DNA from: an uncultured Dehalococcoidia bacterium
Lineage (GTDB): Bacteria > Chloroflexota > Dehalococcoidia > Lucifugimonadales > JADFKI01
Assembly: GCA_964595285.1 (NCBI GenBank)
Contig: CAZQPS010000042.1
Coordinates: 2,030 to 66,029, forward strand
Direction of reading: 5' to 3'
Length of the DNA: 64,000 nucleotides
Shown: piece by piece, positions 18,255 to 28,132 of the stretch
Position numbering within the stretch: position 1 is the stretch's first letter
Layout: every line of letters begins with the position of its first letter
The notes under the pieces: model-generated
What the model was told of the DNA's origin: nothing
The model's database searches: none
The model's input: only the letters and a program-made list of their open reading frames with translations
Translations under genes and position numbers: made by a program

Positions 18255-19489
18255 ATAGTAGTGAAGAGAATATGAGCGTGAACACCTCATTGAGAGGTTG
18301 GTTTGTGCTGTTGGCAAATCGTCTTCAGCTCAGCGGTGCTCAATTATCTTCCTTCGTGCTAGGAATTTTTTTACCATCATTGACGGAAGAATTTGGCCTT
18401 ACACCACTAGAGGCAGGACTTCTACAAGGGGTTTGGTGGTTTACTTGGGCATTAACCTTGGTGCCATTTGCAATAGTATTCTCCAAGTTTAGACCTGTTA
18501 ATCTAGTACAACTATCGCTGATTTTGCTTATCCCATTCATTATTTTGCAAGGCATGTCTCAAAGCTTTTATGTACTAATTGGGATGCGGTTCTTCACGAT
18601 ATTATTTCATTCAATGGGCGTGCCGGCGAGGCCATTATTGTTTCGACAATGGGCCGCACCTAAAGACTACGGGGTGATAAATGCCGTTGGCCTGTCTCTG
18701 CATAGTATTTTGCTGGGGGTAGCTATAAGCACAAGTGCACTATTGATAGGTATGATAGGCAGCTGGAGAATGGCGTTTTTCCTGCATGCGGCGGTAATGC
18801 TTGTGCATGCAGGACTTTGGCCAATAGTCACAAAAAGTGGGTTTGAAGGTCAAGGGGTACGTGAAATTACTAAAGACCTAAAAGGCGCATTACCCGCGTC
18901 GGCTTTAAAAGATTATCCTCAAGGTTGGGTTGTTGCTGTGGTGATGTTCGCTCTAGCCTCTATGTATTCTGCGGTTGTAACTTTTCTTCCGTCACTATTA
19001 CTCGAAGCCAGAGAATTGTCCTTGTCTGTGGGGGGTATCTTAATATCTTTAATATATCTAGGACTCATTCCTGGGGGTGTATTAGGTAGTTTCATAACCC
19101 GCAAAATAAAGGACGGGAGAGTTTTGTTAAGTATTCCTGCTGCGCTCAGTACTCTCATAGGCTTGAGTATTTCAAGTTTGCCTGGGATTTTTCTTTTAGG
19201 TATATTGACCTTTGCATTAGGTGTAGTTTGGATAGTGACTCCTGCGATCGAACTGCTACCCTTTGAATTCCCCGATATTAAGGCAAGAGAGGTAGCTGTA
19301 ATGACGTGTCTCTGGCAAACATTTTCAGGTATAGGATTTGCTTCTGGACCTGTCATTGTTGGTTGTGTGGCGCAAATGACCGGTTCACTTCAGTTTGGAC
19401 TTGTAGTTATGTCTTGTCTAACTGTCGTAGGCGTTATGGCTGGATTGTTGTATCCTAGGCCTAGGATACACGCGAAAACAGGGGAGTGA
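18251..19489 (+). CDS. MFS transporter
   Basis: The protein has about 12 hydrophobic helices and is 412 aa long. The start overlaps the FAH stop (TTGA); the ATG at 18272 is an alternative start. Confidence 0.8.
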   Translation: MNSSEENMSVNTSLRGWFVLLANRLQLSGAQLSSFVLGIFLPSLTEEFGLTPLEAGLLQGVWWFTWALTLVPFAIVFSKFRPVNLVQLSLILLIPFIILQGMSQSFYVLIGMRFFTILFHSMGVPARPLLFRQWAAPKDYGVINAVGLSLHSILLGVAISTSALLIGMIGSWRMAFFLHAAVMLVHAGLWPIVTKSGFEGQGVREITKDLKGALPASALKDYPQGWVVAVVMFALASMYSAVVTFLPSLLLEARELSLSVGGILISLIYLGLIPGGVLGSFITRKIKDGRVLLSIPAALSTLIGLSISSLPGIFLLGILTFALGVVWIVTPAIELLPFEFPDIKAREVAVMTCLWQTFSGIGFASGPVIVGCVAQMTGSLQFGLVVMSCLTVVGVMAGLLYPRPRIHAKTGE

Positions 19490-19507
19490 TTTTAAGAGAG
19501 GAAATGA

Positions 19508-20176
19508 ATGGAAGATAAGCTGAGACTTGATAGAGAAATTATCGCGATGCGAGCCGCTAGAGAGTTCTCGCATGGAGATGTTGTAAATTTGGGCATCGGC
19601 ATCCCCTCTCTATGTTCACAGTTTGTCCCAGAGGGCAAGAGCGTTCTGTATCATAGTGAGAGTGGGGTTCTTAATTTCGGCCCTCTTGCGGAAGAGGGAG
19701 AAGAAGATGTTGACCTTATCAATGCCAGTGGTAACTTTCTCTCTTGGTCGCCTGGAATGTCTTTTTTCCACTCAGCAGACGCGTTTGCAATGATTCGTGG
19801 CGGACATATCGACGTTACGGTTTTAGGCGCTCTACAAGTTTCGTCGAGAGGGGATTTGGCGAACTGGATGTTGCCGGACAGGGGCGTTGGTAATGTAGGT
19901 GGAGCTATGGACTTAGCCGTTGGGGCTAAACGGGTTATTGTGACAATGGAACACAAAGATCGCCAAGGAAGGCCTAAAATAGTAAGTGAATGTGACTATC
20001 CACTTACCGGTATTCAATGTGTTAACACTATTGTCACGGATATAGCTGTTATAGAAGTGCTTCGTGAAGGATTGCTATTAAGTGAAGTTGCTCCAGGGTG
20101 GAGCCCACATGAGGTGCAAGCTGAGACAGATGCTGAATTAATAATCCCTCTGTCAGTGGGTGAAATCAGTTTGTAA
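19508..20176 (+). CDS. 3-oxoacid CoA-transferase, subunit B
   Basis: The protein reads REIIAMRAAREFSHGDVVNLGIGIP. The active-site Glu context is HSESGVL, and GGAMDL is present. Confidence 0.9.
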   Translation: MEDKLRLDREIIAMRAAREFSHGDVVNLGIGIPSLCSQFVPEGKSVLYHSESGVLNFGPLAEEGEEDVDLINASGNFLSWSPGMSFFHSADAFAMIRGGHIDVTVLGALQVSSRGDLANWMLPDRGVGNVGGAMDLAVGAKRVIVTMEHKDRQGRPKIVSECDYPLTGIQCVNTIVTDIAVIEVLREGLLLSEVAPGWSPHEVQAETDAELIIPLSVGEISL

Positions 20177-20212
20177 AAATGCCCTGCAAATCGAGTAATT
20201 TAGGAATTTGTG

Positions 20213-20890
20213 ATGCGAGCCCGAATATTTAGAAATGTGAAATGGCTGTTTTTTGATCTTGGGTCTACAATCATTGATGAGAATCAGGCAGGGCAACAAA
20301 GGCTTACAGAAGTTTCTGACACACTAGGAGAATTGGGTGTAAATGTTTCTCCCAGTGAATTGCGAGTGAGTATTGAAAATGCGAATGCTAACTTTCTCCC
20401 CAATGCTCTTTCAGCCATTCTGGATGTTTATTTAGATTCTGATGGCGAGAAGGAGAAGGTGAGGAATTCTGGAAGATATCCGAAAGAATTGGAATATTTA
20501 TTTCCAGGAGTCAGGCCGATGTTGGAAAAACTGTGCGATAGTTATACGCTTGCAGTAGTGGCAAATCAACCACATGGTACTGAACAGCGGTTAAAAGATT
20601 TTGGCATACTGGAATATTTTTCCTTTTGTTTATCATCTTCAGAGGAAGGTATGGCTAAACCCGACCCGAAAATATTCCATAAAGCGTTGGAACTAGCGTC
20701 GTGCGCTCCTGGAGAGGCAATTATGGTGGGTGACAGAATAGATAATGACGTACGACCGGCCAAAGAATTAGGTATATTGACTATACGTGTTCGACAAGGA
20801 AGTCATAGGTTTCAAAATCCCAGAAACCGACTAGAAAGCGCTGATGCAACGGTAGACATAATTACTGAGTTAGAAAACCTCTTAGTCTAA
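20213..20890 (+). CDS. HAD-superfamily hydrolase
   Basis: Motif I is FFDLGSTII and motif IV is VGDRIDNDV. Confidence 0.8.
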   Translation: MRARIFRNVKWLFFDLGSTIIDENQAGQQRLTEVSDTLGELGVNVSPSELRVSIENANANFLPNALSAILDVYLDSDGEKEKVRNSGRYPKELEYLFPGVRPMLEKLCDSYTLAVVANQPHGTEQRLKDFGILEYFSFCLSSSEEGMAKPDPKIFHKALELASCAPGEAIMVGDRIDNDVRPAKELGILTIRVRQGSHRFQNPRNRLESADATVDIITELENLLV

Positions 20891-21074
20891 GTTTATGTTT
20901 CTCATCGTATGTGTCTTTATAGATGTTTAGCCCTGTAGAAGCGTGTTTACATCCTGCAGGTGGGAGGGCTTAAATCTTCTCAAAAGTCTAAAATTGATAT
21001 ATCCTAGTCTCCGGTTATTTAGGGACAAGCTTATCGAATACAATTCAGTGCCTATGTGTAGAGGAAGTTAGTGT

Positions 21075-22106
21075 ATGGATATTAGTTTACTGAGAGATAC
21101 TGCTGGGGCTATGGTCGCCGATGGCAAGGGTATTTTGGCAGCGGATGAAAGCACCCGAACGATCAGCGCCAGATTTGAGTCTTTGGGGATAAAATCTACT
21201 GAGGACAGTAGGCGTGATTACAGAGAGTTACTTTTCCGTACGGAGGGTGTAGGGGAATTCATTAGTGGTGCCATTCTATATGATGAAACCATAAGGCAAA
21301 CGGCATCTGATGGAATGTCAATGGTGGACGTTCTTCAAGGGCAGAATATGTTGCCTGGTATTAAAGTTGATACAGGAACAACTCAGTTGGCAGGTGCCCC
21401 AGGTGAGCTTGTAACGGAAGGATTAGACGGCTTGCGCCAGCGTCTTCACGAATATTTTGACATAGGAGCGCGGTTTGCTAAGTGGAGGGCTGTAATAACC
21501 ATTGGCGACTCCATACCAAGTGAATACTGTATTAAGGCAAACGCACATCTCTTGGCGAGATATGCTGCTCTCTGTCAAGAAGCAAACCTAGTTCCGATAG
21601 TAGAACCCGAAGTATTGATGGAGGGTGGGCATGATATAGTTCACTGCTTTGAGGCTACCTCAATGTCCTTAAGCACTGTATTTAATGAGCTAGTTGAACA
21701 ACGTGTAGATCTCACCGGTATAATTTTAAAGCCGAATATGGTTTTATCGGGAAAGGACTCAAGTACCAAGGCTGGGCCTGACGAAGTCGCCGAAAAAACG
21801 ATTGATTGTTTCCTGAAGACAATACCTGTGGCTGTGGCGGGGATCGCCTTTCTTTCCGGTGGTCAGTCCGATACAGATGCTACAACTAACTTGAATGCTA
21901 TAACCAATAGGGCCTCTCAATTGAATGTTCCATGGCCAATTACATTTTCCTATGGTAGAGGGCTTCAGTCTTTGCCATTGAGTACATGGCTAGGGGAAAA
22001 GGCCAATGCCGGTGATGCGCAAAAGGCCTTTTATCAGAGAGCTAGACTGACGAGTGCCGCTAGATGTGGGTCTTACTCTTCAGAAATGGAGAAAGGGGAT
22101 CTTTAA
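21075..22106 (+). CDS. Class I fructose-bisphosphate aldolase
   Basis: Motifs seen are GKGILAADESTRT, the Schiff-base Lys context ILKPNMV and FSYGRGLQ. Confidence 0.92.
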   Translation: MDISLLRDTAGAMVADGKGILAADESTRTISARFESLGIKSTEDSRRDYRELLFRTEGVGEFISGAILYDETIRQTASDGMSMVDVLQGQNMLPGIKVDTGTTQLAGAPGELVTEGLDGLRQRLHEYFDIGARFAKWRAVITIGDSIPSEYCIKANAHLLARYAALCQEANLVPIVEPEVLMEGGHDIVHCFEATSMSLSTVFNELVEQRVDLTGIILKPNMVLSGKDSSTKAGPDEVAEKTIDCFLKTIPVAVAGIAFLSGGQSDTDATTNLNAITNRASQLNVPWPITFSYGRGLQSLPLSTWLGEKANAGDAQKAFYQRARLTSAARCGSYSSEMEKGDL

Positions 22107-22699
22107 TCAGTAGCCTTCTTGTAGCGACACATAATCCGGGCAAATTAAAAGAGTTACGCTATTTGTTTAGCGACTTATCAGTTAAAATCCTTTCTCTCTC
22201 GGAAGTGGGAATAAATTCGGATGTTGAGGAAACTGGTGCTACTTTGGAGGAGAATGCTGAACTGAAGGCTCGAACATATGGTGATTTGAGTGGATTATGT
22301 ACAGTGGCGGACGATTCGGGACTAGAGGTCGCAGCGTTAAATGGTGCGCCTGGTGTATTGTCAGCAAGATATGCAGGGGAACATGCGACTGATATGCAGC
22401 GTATAGCCAAGCTCCATCAAAATTTGAGGAAAGAAGGCAAGCCCTGGCGAGCTAGATTTAGATGTGTTATGGCGGTAAATTTGCCCGGGACTGAATTAAG
22501 CTCCTTTGAGGGGATCTGTGATGGAGAAATTATTGATGAGCTACGGGGTGGTGGGGGATTTGGGTATGATCCGATTTTTGTTCCGAAATGTATGGACAGG
22601 ACTATGTCAGAAATTACTGAAATAGAAAAGAACGAAATTAGTCATAGAGCCAAAGCGGCGAGAAAAGTTGTAGAGCACTTAAGGAATTACTATAAGTAG
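22064..22699 (+). CDS. rdgB: Non-canonical purine NTP pyrophosphatase (RdgB/HAM1)
   Basis: Motifs seen are VATHNPGKLKE, FGYDPIF and ISHRAKA. The only canonical start, ATG 22064, overlaps fba by 43 nt. The conserved N-terminus begins at ATC 22106 (see findings). Confidence 0.88.
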   Translation: MWVLLFRNGERGSLISSLLVATHNPGKLKELRYLFSDLSVKILSLSEVGINSDVEETGATLEENAELKARTYGDLSGLCTVADDSGLEVAALNGAPGVLSARYAGEHATDMQRIAKLHQNLRKEGKPWRARFRCVMAVNLPGTELSSFEGICDGEIIDELRGGGGFGYDPIFVPKCMDRTMSEITEIEKNEISHRAKAARKVVEHLRNYYK

Positions 22700-22818
22700 T
22701 GGCATCTCTGCCGCTGATTTACAGGAATATGGGATATAATATGCTTAAATAAGTGTACTATTAGGTTTTGCCGCGAAGATTTTTCATGATGGCTGTATGG
22801 AGTTTGGAAACTAGTTAA

Positions 22819-23853
22819 ATGACTGTCGATACATTGAGTCCTGTAGATACTATTGGTCGTCGAATGAGAGATTTAAGGATCTCCGTTACGGATCGATGCA
22901 ATTTTAGGTGCACGTATTGCATGCCCGCAGAAATTTTTGGAGACAGGTATGAGTTCCTGCCCAGAGATGAACTGCTGTCATTTGAAGAAATTGCTAGACT
23001 TGCGGAAATTTTTGTCTCTATGGGAGTAGAGAAAGTTCGAATCACTGGCGGAGAGCCTTTGGTCCGTAATGAAATAGAATCGCTTGTTGGGATGCTATCG
23101 TCTATCCAAGGCTTGGATGACTTAACAATGACGACGAATGCCTATCTTTTGGCCCAGAAAGCCACTACATTAAGGTCTGCCGGACTAGATCGTATCACAG
23201 TAAGTCTTGATACTTTGGATGACCAGATATTCAAGGAAATGAACGGAGTAGGTTTTGGCACTGAGCGGGTATTAGATGGTATAGAAGCGGCGTCTGGTGC
23301 AGGTTTTATACCCATAAAGATAAATTCCGTGGTCCAAAGGGGCGTTAACGATCATAAACTTGTTGATTTGGTCAGATATGCTAAAGAACGTGGTCATATT
23401 GTTCGCTTTATAGAGTATATGGATGTGGGTAATCTCAATGATTGGAAGCTTGATGAAGTGGTTTCAGCCGATGAGATTCTCGAGAGAATCGACTCTGAAT
23501 TCCAGCTCCAACGGGTGGAGGCTAATTATCCTGGGGAAGTAGCCACTCGGTATCAATTCAAGGATGGTAGCGGTGAAATTGGTGTAATAGCATCTGTTAC
23601 AAAGCCGTTCTGTGGGAATTGCACTCGACTCAGACTTTCGCCAGAGGGGCGTATGTTTACTTGCCTTTTTGGTGTTAAGGGTATTGATTTACGGGAACCT
23701 ATGCGGCTAGGGGCGACTGATCAGGAACTGAAGGCTTTAATATCAGGTACGTGGCAGTTGCGTACAGATCGTTACTCTGAAGAGAGATCATCTTTAACCA
23801 ACAAGTTACGCCAGTCGATTAAGAAAGTGGAAATGTATCACATCGGGGGATAA
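22819..23853 (+). CDS. moaA: GTP 3',8-cyclase MoaA (radical SAM)
   Basis: The radical SAM cluster motif is CNFRCTYCMP. The C-terminal cluster is CGNCTRLRLSPEG. The protein ends in GG. Confidence 0.94.
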   Translation: MTVDTLSPVDTIGRRMRDLRISVTDRCNFRCTYCMPAEIFGDRYEFLPRDELLSFEEIARLAEIFVSMGVEKVRITGGEPLVRNEIESLVGMLSSIQGLDDLTMTTNAYLLAQKATTLRSAGLDRITVSLDTLDDQIFKEMNGVGFGTERVLDGIEAASGAGFIPIKINSVVQRGVNDHKLVDLVRYAKERGHIVRFIEYMDVGNLNDWKLDEVVSADEILERIDSEFQLQRVEANYPGEVATRYQFKDGSGEIGVIASVTKPFCGNCTRLRLSPEGRMFTCLFGVKGIDLREPMRLGATDQELKALISGTWQLRTDRYSEERSSLTNKLRQSIKKVEMYHIGG

Positions 23854-23892
23854 TCTGGTTCGTTTCTGTAGATTGGATGTAAAAATTAGCCA

Positions 23893-24780
23893 ATGATTGA
23901 GATTTATACAGATGGTGCATGTATCGGCAATCCTGGCCCGGGGGGATGGGCAGCCATTGTTGTAGTTGATGGAGACGATGCTGAAAAACAATCTCTTTCA
24001 GGTGGTCACATGCAGACCACAAACAACAGGATGGAAATTAAAGCCGTGGTTGAGGGATTAAAGTCCGTTCCGGAGAAATCAAATGTGACAGTATTTAGCG
24101 ATAGTCAGTACGTTGTGAACACGATGACGCGCTCGTGGAAAAGGAATACCAACAAAGATTTATGGGAAGATTTGGATGGGGAGGTCACTTCACGATCCGT
24201 GAGCTGGAAGTGGGTTCGGGGACATAATGGGCATCCTTTAAATGAAATGGCAGATCGCCTGGCAGTTAGGGAGGCTAAAAGCATGTCTAAGGATGGACGA
24301 CCTGATAACAAGCTGACTCATGTTGATGATTCCGGCAAAGCAGGCATGGTAGATGTAGGTTCAAAGCCAGATACTGATAGAATTGCTGTCGCCAAAGGTT
24401 CTGTGGCTATGAAGGAAGAAACTTTCTCTCTTGTTCAAACCAATGGATTTGAAAAGGGTGATGTTATAGGAGTGGCTAGAATAGCAGGGATCATGGGAGC
24501 CAAGAATACTGCCCAGCTTATTCCTCTATGCCATCCGTTGTCGTTGAATCATATTACGGTTGAGTTTGAATTTAACCAAGAGCAATGCATTATAGATATA
24601 ACTGCAACTGCAAGCACCAATGGTAAAACAGGGGTGGAAATGGAAGCACTGACTGCAGTTAGTATTGCCGCGTTGACAATTTATGACATGTGCAAGTCAG
24701 TCGATAAAACGATGCGGATTGAGGGTGTTCGTCTGGTTGAAAAGAGTGGCGGCCTCAGTGGAGATGTGCGTCTAAAATGA
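23893..24780 (+). CDS. Fusion protein: RNase HI (N-terminal, about aa 1-135) + cyclic pyranopterin monophosphate synthase MoaC (C-terminal, about aa 142-295)
   Basis: The RNase H DEDD residues are in context: [20 protein letters not shown] and NEMADRLA. MoaC motifs follow: [19 protein letters not shown] and [24 protein letters not shown]. The single uninterrupted ORF is 295 aa. Confidence 0.85.
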   Translation: MIEIYTDGACIGNPGPGGWAAIVVVDGDDAEKQSLSGGHMQTTNNRMEIKAVVEGLKSVPEKSNVTVFSDSQYVVNTMTRSWKRNTNKDLWEDLDGEVTSRSVSWKWVRGHNGHPLNEMADRLAVREAKSMSKDGRPDNKLTHVDDSGKAGMVDVGSKPDTDRIAVAKGSVAMKEETFSLVQTNGFEKGDVIGVARIAGIMGAKNTAQLIPLCHPLSLNHITVEFEFNQEQCIIDITATASTNGKTGVEMEALTAVSIAALTIYDMCKSVDKTMRIEGVRLVEKSGGLSGDVRLK

Positions 24781-25153
24781 ACTCCTTCACGATTCGCTAG
24801 ACTGCTTTTCTAATAATGGTGTCTTTACTGACGCTGGCGGGTTCAGATGTTGACGAAAAAGGTAATTTACAAGCCAAGTATGCCATTTCTTGGACTAAAC
24901 CGAGCCACTAATAGTAGCTTAGTTGATCTCGGGCCTGTTTTAGGTCATTTAACACCCGTTTTTGTGGGGTTATCTACATATATAATTTATTAACATGCAG
25001 ATGGAAAGACCTAGTTGTCAAATTTTTGATTCCAAGACACTACAGATAAGCATTATTTGTATGGGACCACTTGTTTAAGGATTTCAAGAACTAATGTAGC
25101 CATGTTGATGTTTACTTGGTTGGCACCACCTCACTTCAAATAGGGAGGCTTTT

Positions 25154-27085
25154 ATGCATTGTCTGCATTGTGGATCAATAGTAGAAGAGGGGAATAACTA
25201 CTGCATCTCATGCGGCCACTCACTCATAGATGATTCTGTTGGGTATGAAGGGTTTGAGGTAACTGCAACGCAAAACGTAGAGCCTTCTAACTACGATGAA
25301 TCACCGTCACAGATTGTGGATATTTGGAATACGTTGAAGCTTCAGGACGCGAGGATTTCTACGTTGGAGGATAGATTGTTGGGCCGAGGGACTGTGATGA
25401 ATCCGATGGGAGGCATGTCACAGGATGGGAACCCTGTGATAGGTATTGAGGGTCCCGCATATGCAGTATCTCAGAAGGATCAATTTGCTTCTAGGCGTGG
25501 ATTGCAACAGTGGGAACAAATTTTGGCGGGGAATTGGTTTGCGATAATTGGTGGTCTTGCGTTATTTATTGGCTTTGCACTTTTCCTTAAACTGGCTTTT
25601 GATAATGATTGGATTGGGGGACGAACTCGTATAATTATAGGTGCATTGGCAGGCCTACTGCTTTTAGGCCTGGGAGAGTACCTATCACCAAAGCGCTACG
25701 GATATTGGTCACAATCCGTGACGGCTTCCGGATTTGCCATATTGTATGTTGTGATTTTTGCCGCTTTTAATATCTATGGTCTTATCGGAGAATACCCAAC
25801 ATTAGCCCTCTTCATACTAAATACTATTATGTTTTCGTTGGCTTCCGTAAGATACAATGCACCGATCTTAGCAGCCTTAACAGTTGGAGGTGGTGTTTTT
25901 ACCCCATTCTTGCTTGGGGCTGGTGTGGATAGTGATAAGAACATATACATATTGGTAGCGTATATCGCTTTTCTGGATCTAGGCGTCATAATGCTCGCGG
26001 TCGTTAAAAATTGGCGCTCATTGATTCTTTTAGGGCTTACTGGATCGGTTGCTCTTTTAGTCTATTGGCATGAATCATCCGGCGCTACATCTGTTGTCTC
26101 GTTCGGAATTTTAACGGGTCAATTTATTATGTTTTTGGGTGCGACAGTATTTTTTCATGTGGTGAAGAAATATTCTGTATCTTCGTCGGATCTTGGTCTC
26201 ATGATTTCAAATGCGGTCGTATATGTGGTGGCTGGCTGCGGAATACTTGACGATGCAGGACAGGAAGACTGGATGGGTATCTTCGCTTTCTCTGTTGCGG
26301 GGTTATATGGGATCTTCTCGACCGTTGCGAACTGGCTCAGGTTAGTCGAAATACGTACTGTACTTTTTCTATATGGGATAGGACTGATATTGGCAACAGC
26401 TGCTTTTGCATTGCAGTTTGAAGGCCCGGCAATACCCATTGCATGGGCAGCAGAGGCAGTTATTCTCATGTATATTTCTTCAAGAATTCGTGAACCGAAA
26501 TTAAAATTATGGAGTTTATGTGTACTCGCTATCTCATTTATTTGGTTACTTATATTCGAAATAGAGACGGAGTGGCAAAATTCTTTACCACTCATGAATG
26601 ATCGCTTTTACGGTTTCTCAACTGCCATTGTCGCATGTTATTTAATTGCTTATTTCTTGAAAAATATGTCGACGACTAATGTCTTGTATCGTTCCGAAAA
26701 ATATGCTCTTCCAGCGATCCTAGGCGTAGCAAACTTTGCTACTTTGTTCGTTCTCAGTCTGGAATTGTGGGGATATGCAGATTTCCTGGAGCAAGGAGGC
26801 TATATGGATAATGCAGATAATCTTCAGGGATTTGGATTGTCCATACTGTGGTGTGGATATGCATTTGTGTTGATCGTTATAGGACTGTTTACAGGGATAA
26901 GACCGATTAGAATAGCGGGGGTATCTCTTTTGGCGGTGACTGTTGTGAAAGTGTTTTTGCTGGATTCCTTTGGTCTCACTCAAGGCTACCGCGTAGCGTC
27001 CTTTATGAGTTTAGGAGTTCTTTTGTTAATTGTTGGTTTCGTCTACCACAAATACCGCCGAGTAATACATGGATTGCTTATGTGA
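25154..27085 (+). CDS. Polytopic membrane protein (DUF2339-like) with N-terminal zinc ribbon
   Basis: The N-terminus is MHCLHCGSIVEEGNNYCISCGH. More than 15 predicted TM helices follow. Confidence 0.7.
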   Translation: MHCLHCGSIVEEGNNYCISCGHSLIDDSVGYEGFEVTATQNVEPSNYDESPSQIVDIWNTLKLQDARISTLEDRLLGRGTVMNPMGGMSQDGNPVIGIEGPAYAVSQKDQFASRRGLQQWEQILAGNWFAIIGGLALFIGFALFLKLAFDNDWIGGRTRIIIGALAGLLLLGLGEYLSPKRYGYWSQSVTASGFAILYVVIFAAFNIYGLIGEYPTLALFILNTIMFSLASVRYNAPILAALTVGGGVFTPFLLGAGVDSDKNIYILVAYIAFLDLGVIMLAVVKNWRSLILLGLTGSVALLVYWHESSGATSVVSFGILTGQFIMFLGATVFFHVVKKYSVSSSDLGLMISNAVVYVVAGCGILDDAGQEDWMGIFAFSVAGLYGIFSTVANWLRLVEIRTVLFLYGIGLILATAAFALQFEGPAIPIAWAAEAVILMYISSRIREPKLKLWSLCVLAISFIWLLIFEIETEWQNSLPLMNDRFYGFSTAIVACYLIAYFLKNMSTTNVLYRSEKYALPAILGVANFATLFVLSLELWGYADFLEQGGYMDNADNLQGFGLSILWCGYAFVLIVIGLFTGIRPIRIAGVSLLAVTVVKVFLLDSFGLTQGYRVASFMSLGVLLLIVGFVYHKYRRVIHGLLM

Positions 27086-27231
27086 AACTGCATGATTATG
27101 CAGCATGATTAGTGAGCTTGTTTGGGGGTAACCCCTATAATTCTATGATATCCTGATTCAAAACCAGTCTCCTGATTTGTGAGACGTCTTTCGGGTGGAG
27201 ATTGTAGAAACCGTCATGTGAAAGAGGAGAT

Positions 27232-28068
27232 ATGACTGACAGAATCTTTGTCGGTAATGCAGAAATTGTATTTGTACTGGATATGGTGCCGCCACCCCGT
27301 CCAGCGGATGTGTTCTTTGAAGGAATTAGTTCTAGCGACGTAGAGTCCTACAAGGATATTTTTGAGGGTGGTGACATTCAGCTCTATTATGGACACTTTT
27401 TCATTCATTCCATGGGTAAGACAATACTGATAGATACAGGGATGGGCCCCGGGCCGCATCCAGACAGGGGCAACATCAGGGGAGATCTGCTTAATCAGTT
27501 GGTTGCACAAGGCGTGAAGCCGGATGATATCGACATAGTAGCGCACACTCATTTACATTTTGATCATGTAGGATGGAATCTGGATCTGTCTGGTAAGGTC
27601 CCTAAGCCCAACTTTCCAAATGCTAGATACTTGGTGCCGGAGGCAGATTGGGCTCACTTTACACAGCCGGAAATACTTAGCGAATCTCCTCAGGTTAAGC
27701 AATATGTATTGCCTTTAGAAAAATTAGGTGTAATGGATCTTGTCAATGAAGGCCATACCATAACGCAAGAAATTACGACTCTAGATACACCTGGACACAC
27801 TCCTGGACATCAAGTGATATTAGTCAGTTCTCAGGGAGAAAAGGCGATGATTGTGGGAGATGCATTTCATAGTAGGGTGCAGATAGAGAAACCAGATTGG
27901 TCTGCACGTGTTGATACTAATAAGTTTGACAGCACGAGAAGTAGGTACAACTTGTTAGAGCGGGCTGAGGCGGAAGATTACACTATAGCGGCAGGACATT
28001 TTCATCCAACCGACCACATTGGTAAAGTAATTCGCAAAAATGGACGTCGGTATTGGTCTGTAATTTAA
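27232..28068 (+). CDS. MBL-fold metallo-hydrolase (lactonase-like)
   Basis: The HxHxDH motif reads HTHLHFDHVG, and a downstream His lies in PGHTPGH. Confidence 0.85.
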   Translation: MTDRIFVGNAEIVFVLDMVPPPRPADVFFEGISSSDVESYKDIFEGGDIQLYYGHFFIHSMGKTILIDTGMGPGPHPDRGNIRGDLLNQLVAQGVKPDDIDIVAHTHLHFDHVGWNLDLSGKVPKPNFPNARYLVPEADWAHFTQPEILSESPQVKQYVLPLEKLGVMDLVNEGHTITQEITTLDTPGHTPGHQVILVSSQGEKAMIVGDAFHSRVQIEKPDWSARVDTNKFDSTRSRYNLLERAEAEDYTIAAGHFHPTDHIGKVIRKNGRRYWSVI

Positions 28069-28132
28069 GAAAAACATGAAATCGGGAGCTCTCTCCCATT
28101 ATCTCAATCAGCGAGTATTTGAAGGATTCATA

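Noticed and set aside
22700-22818. Possible Moco riboswitch upstream of moaA
   Set aside because: I could not find the conserved Moco-motif core or a convincing multi-stem structure in the 119-nt leader. Only an Infernal search (RF01055) could settle it.
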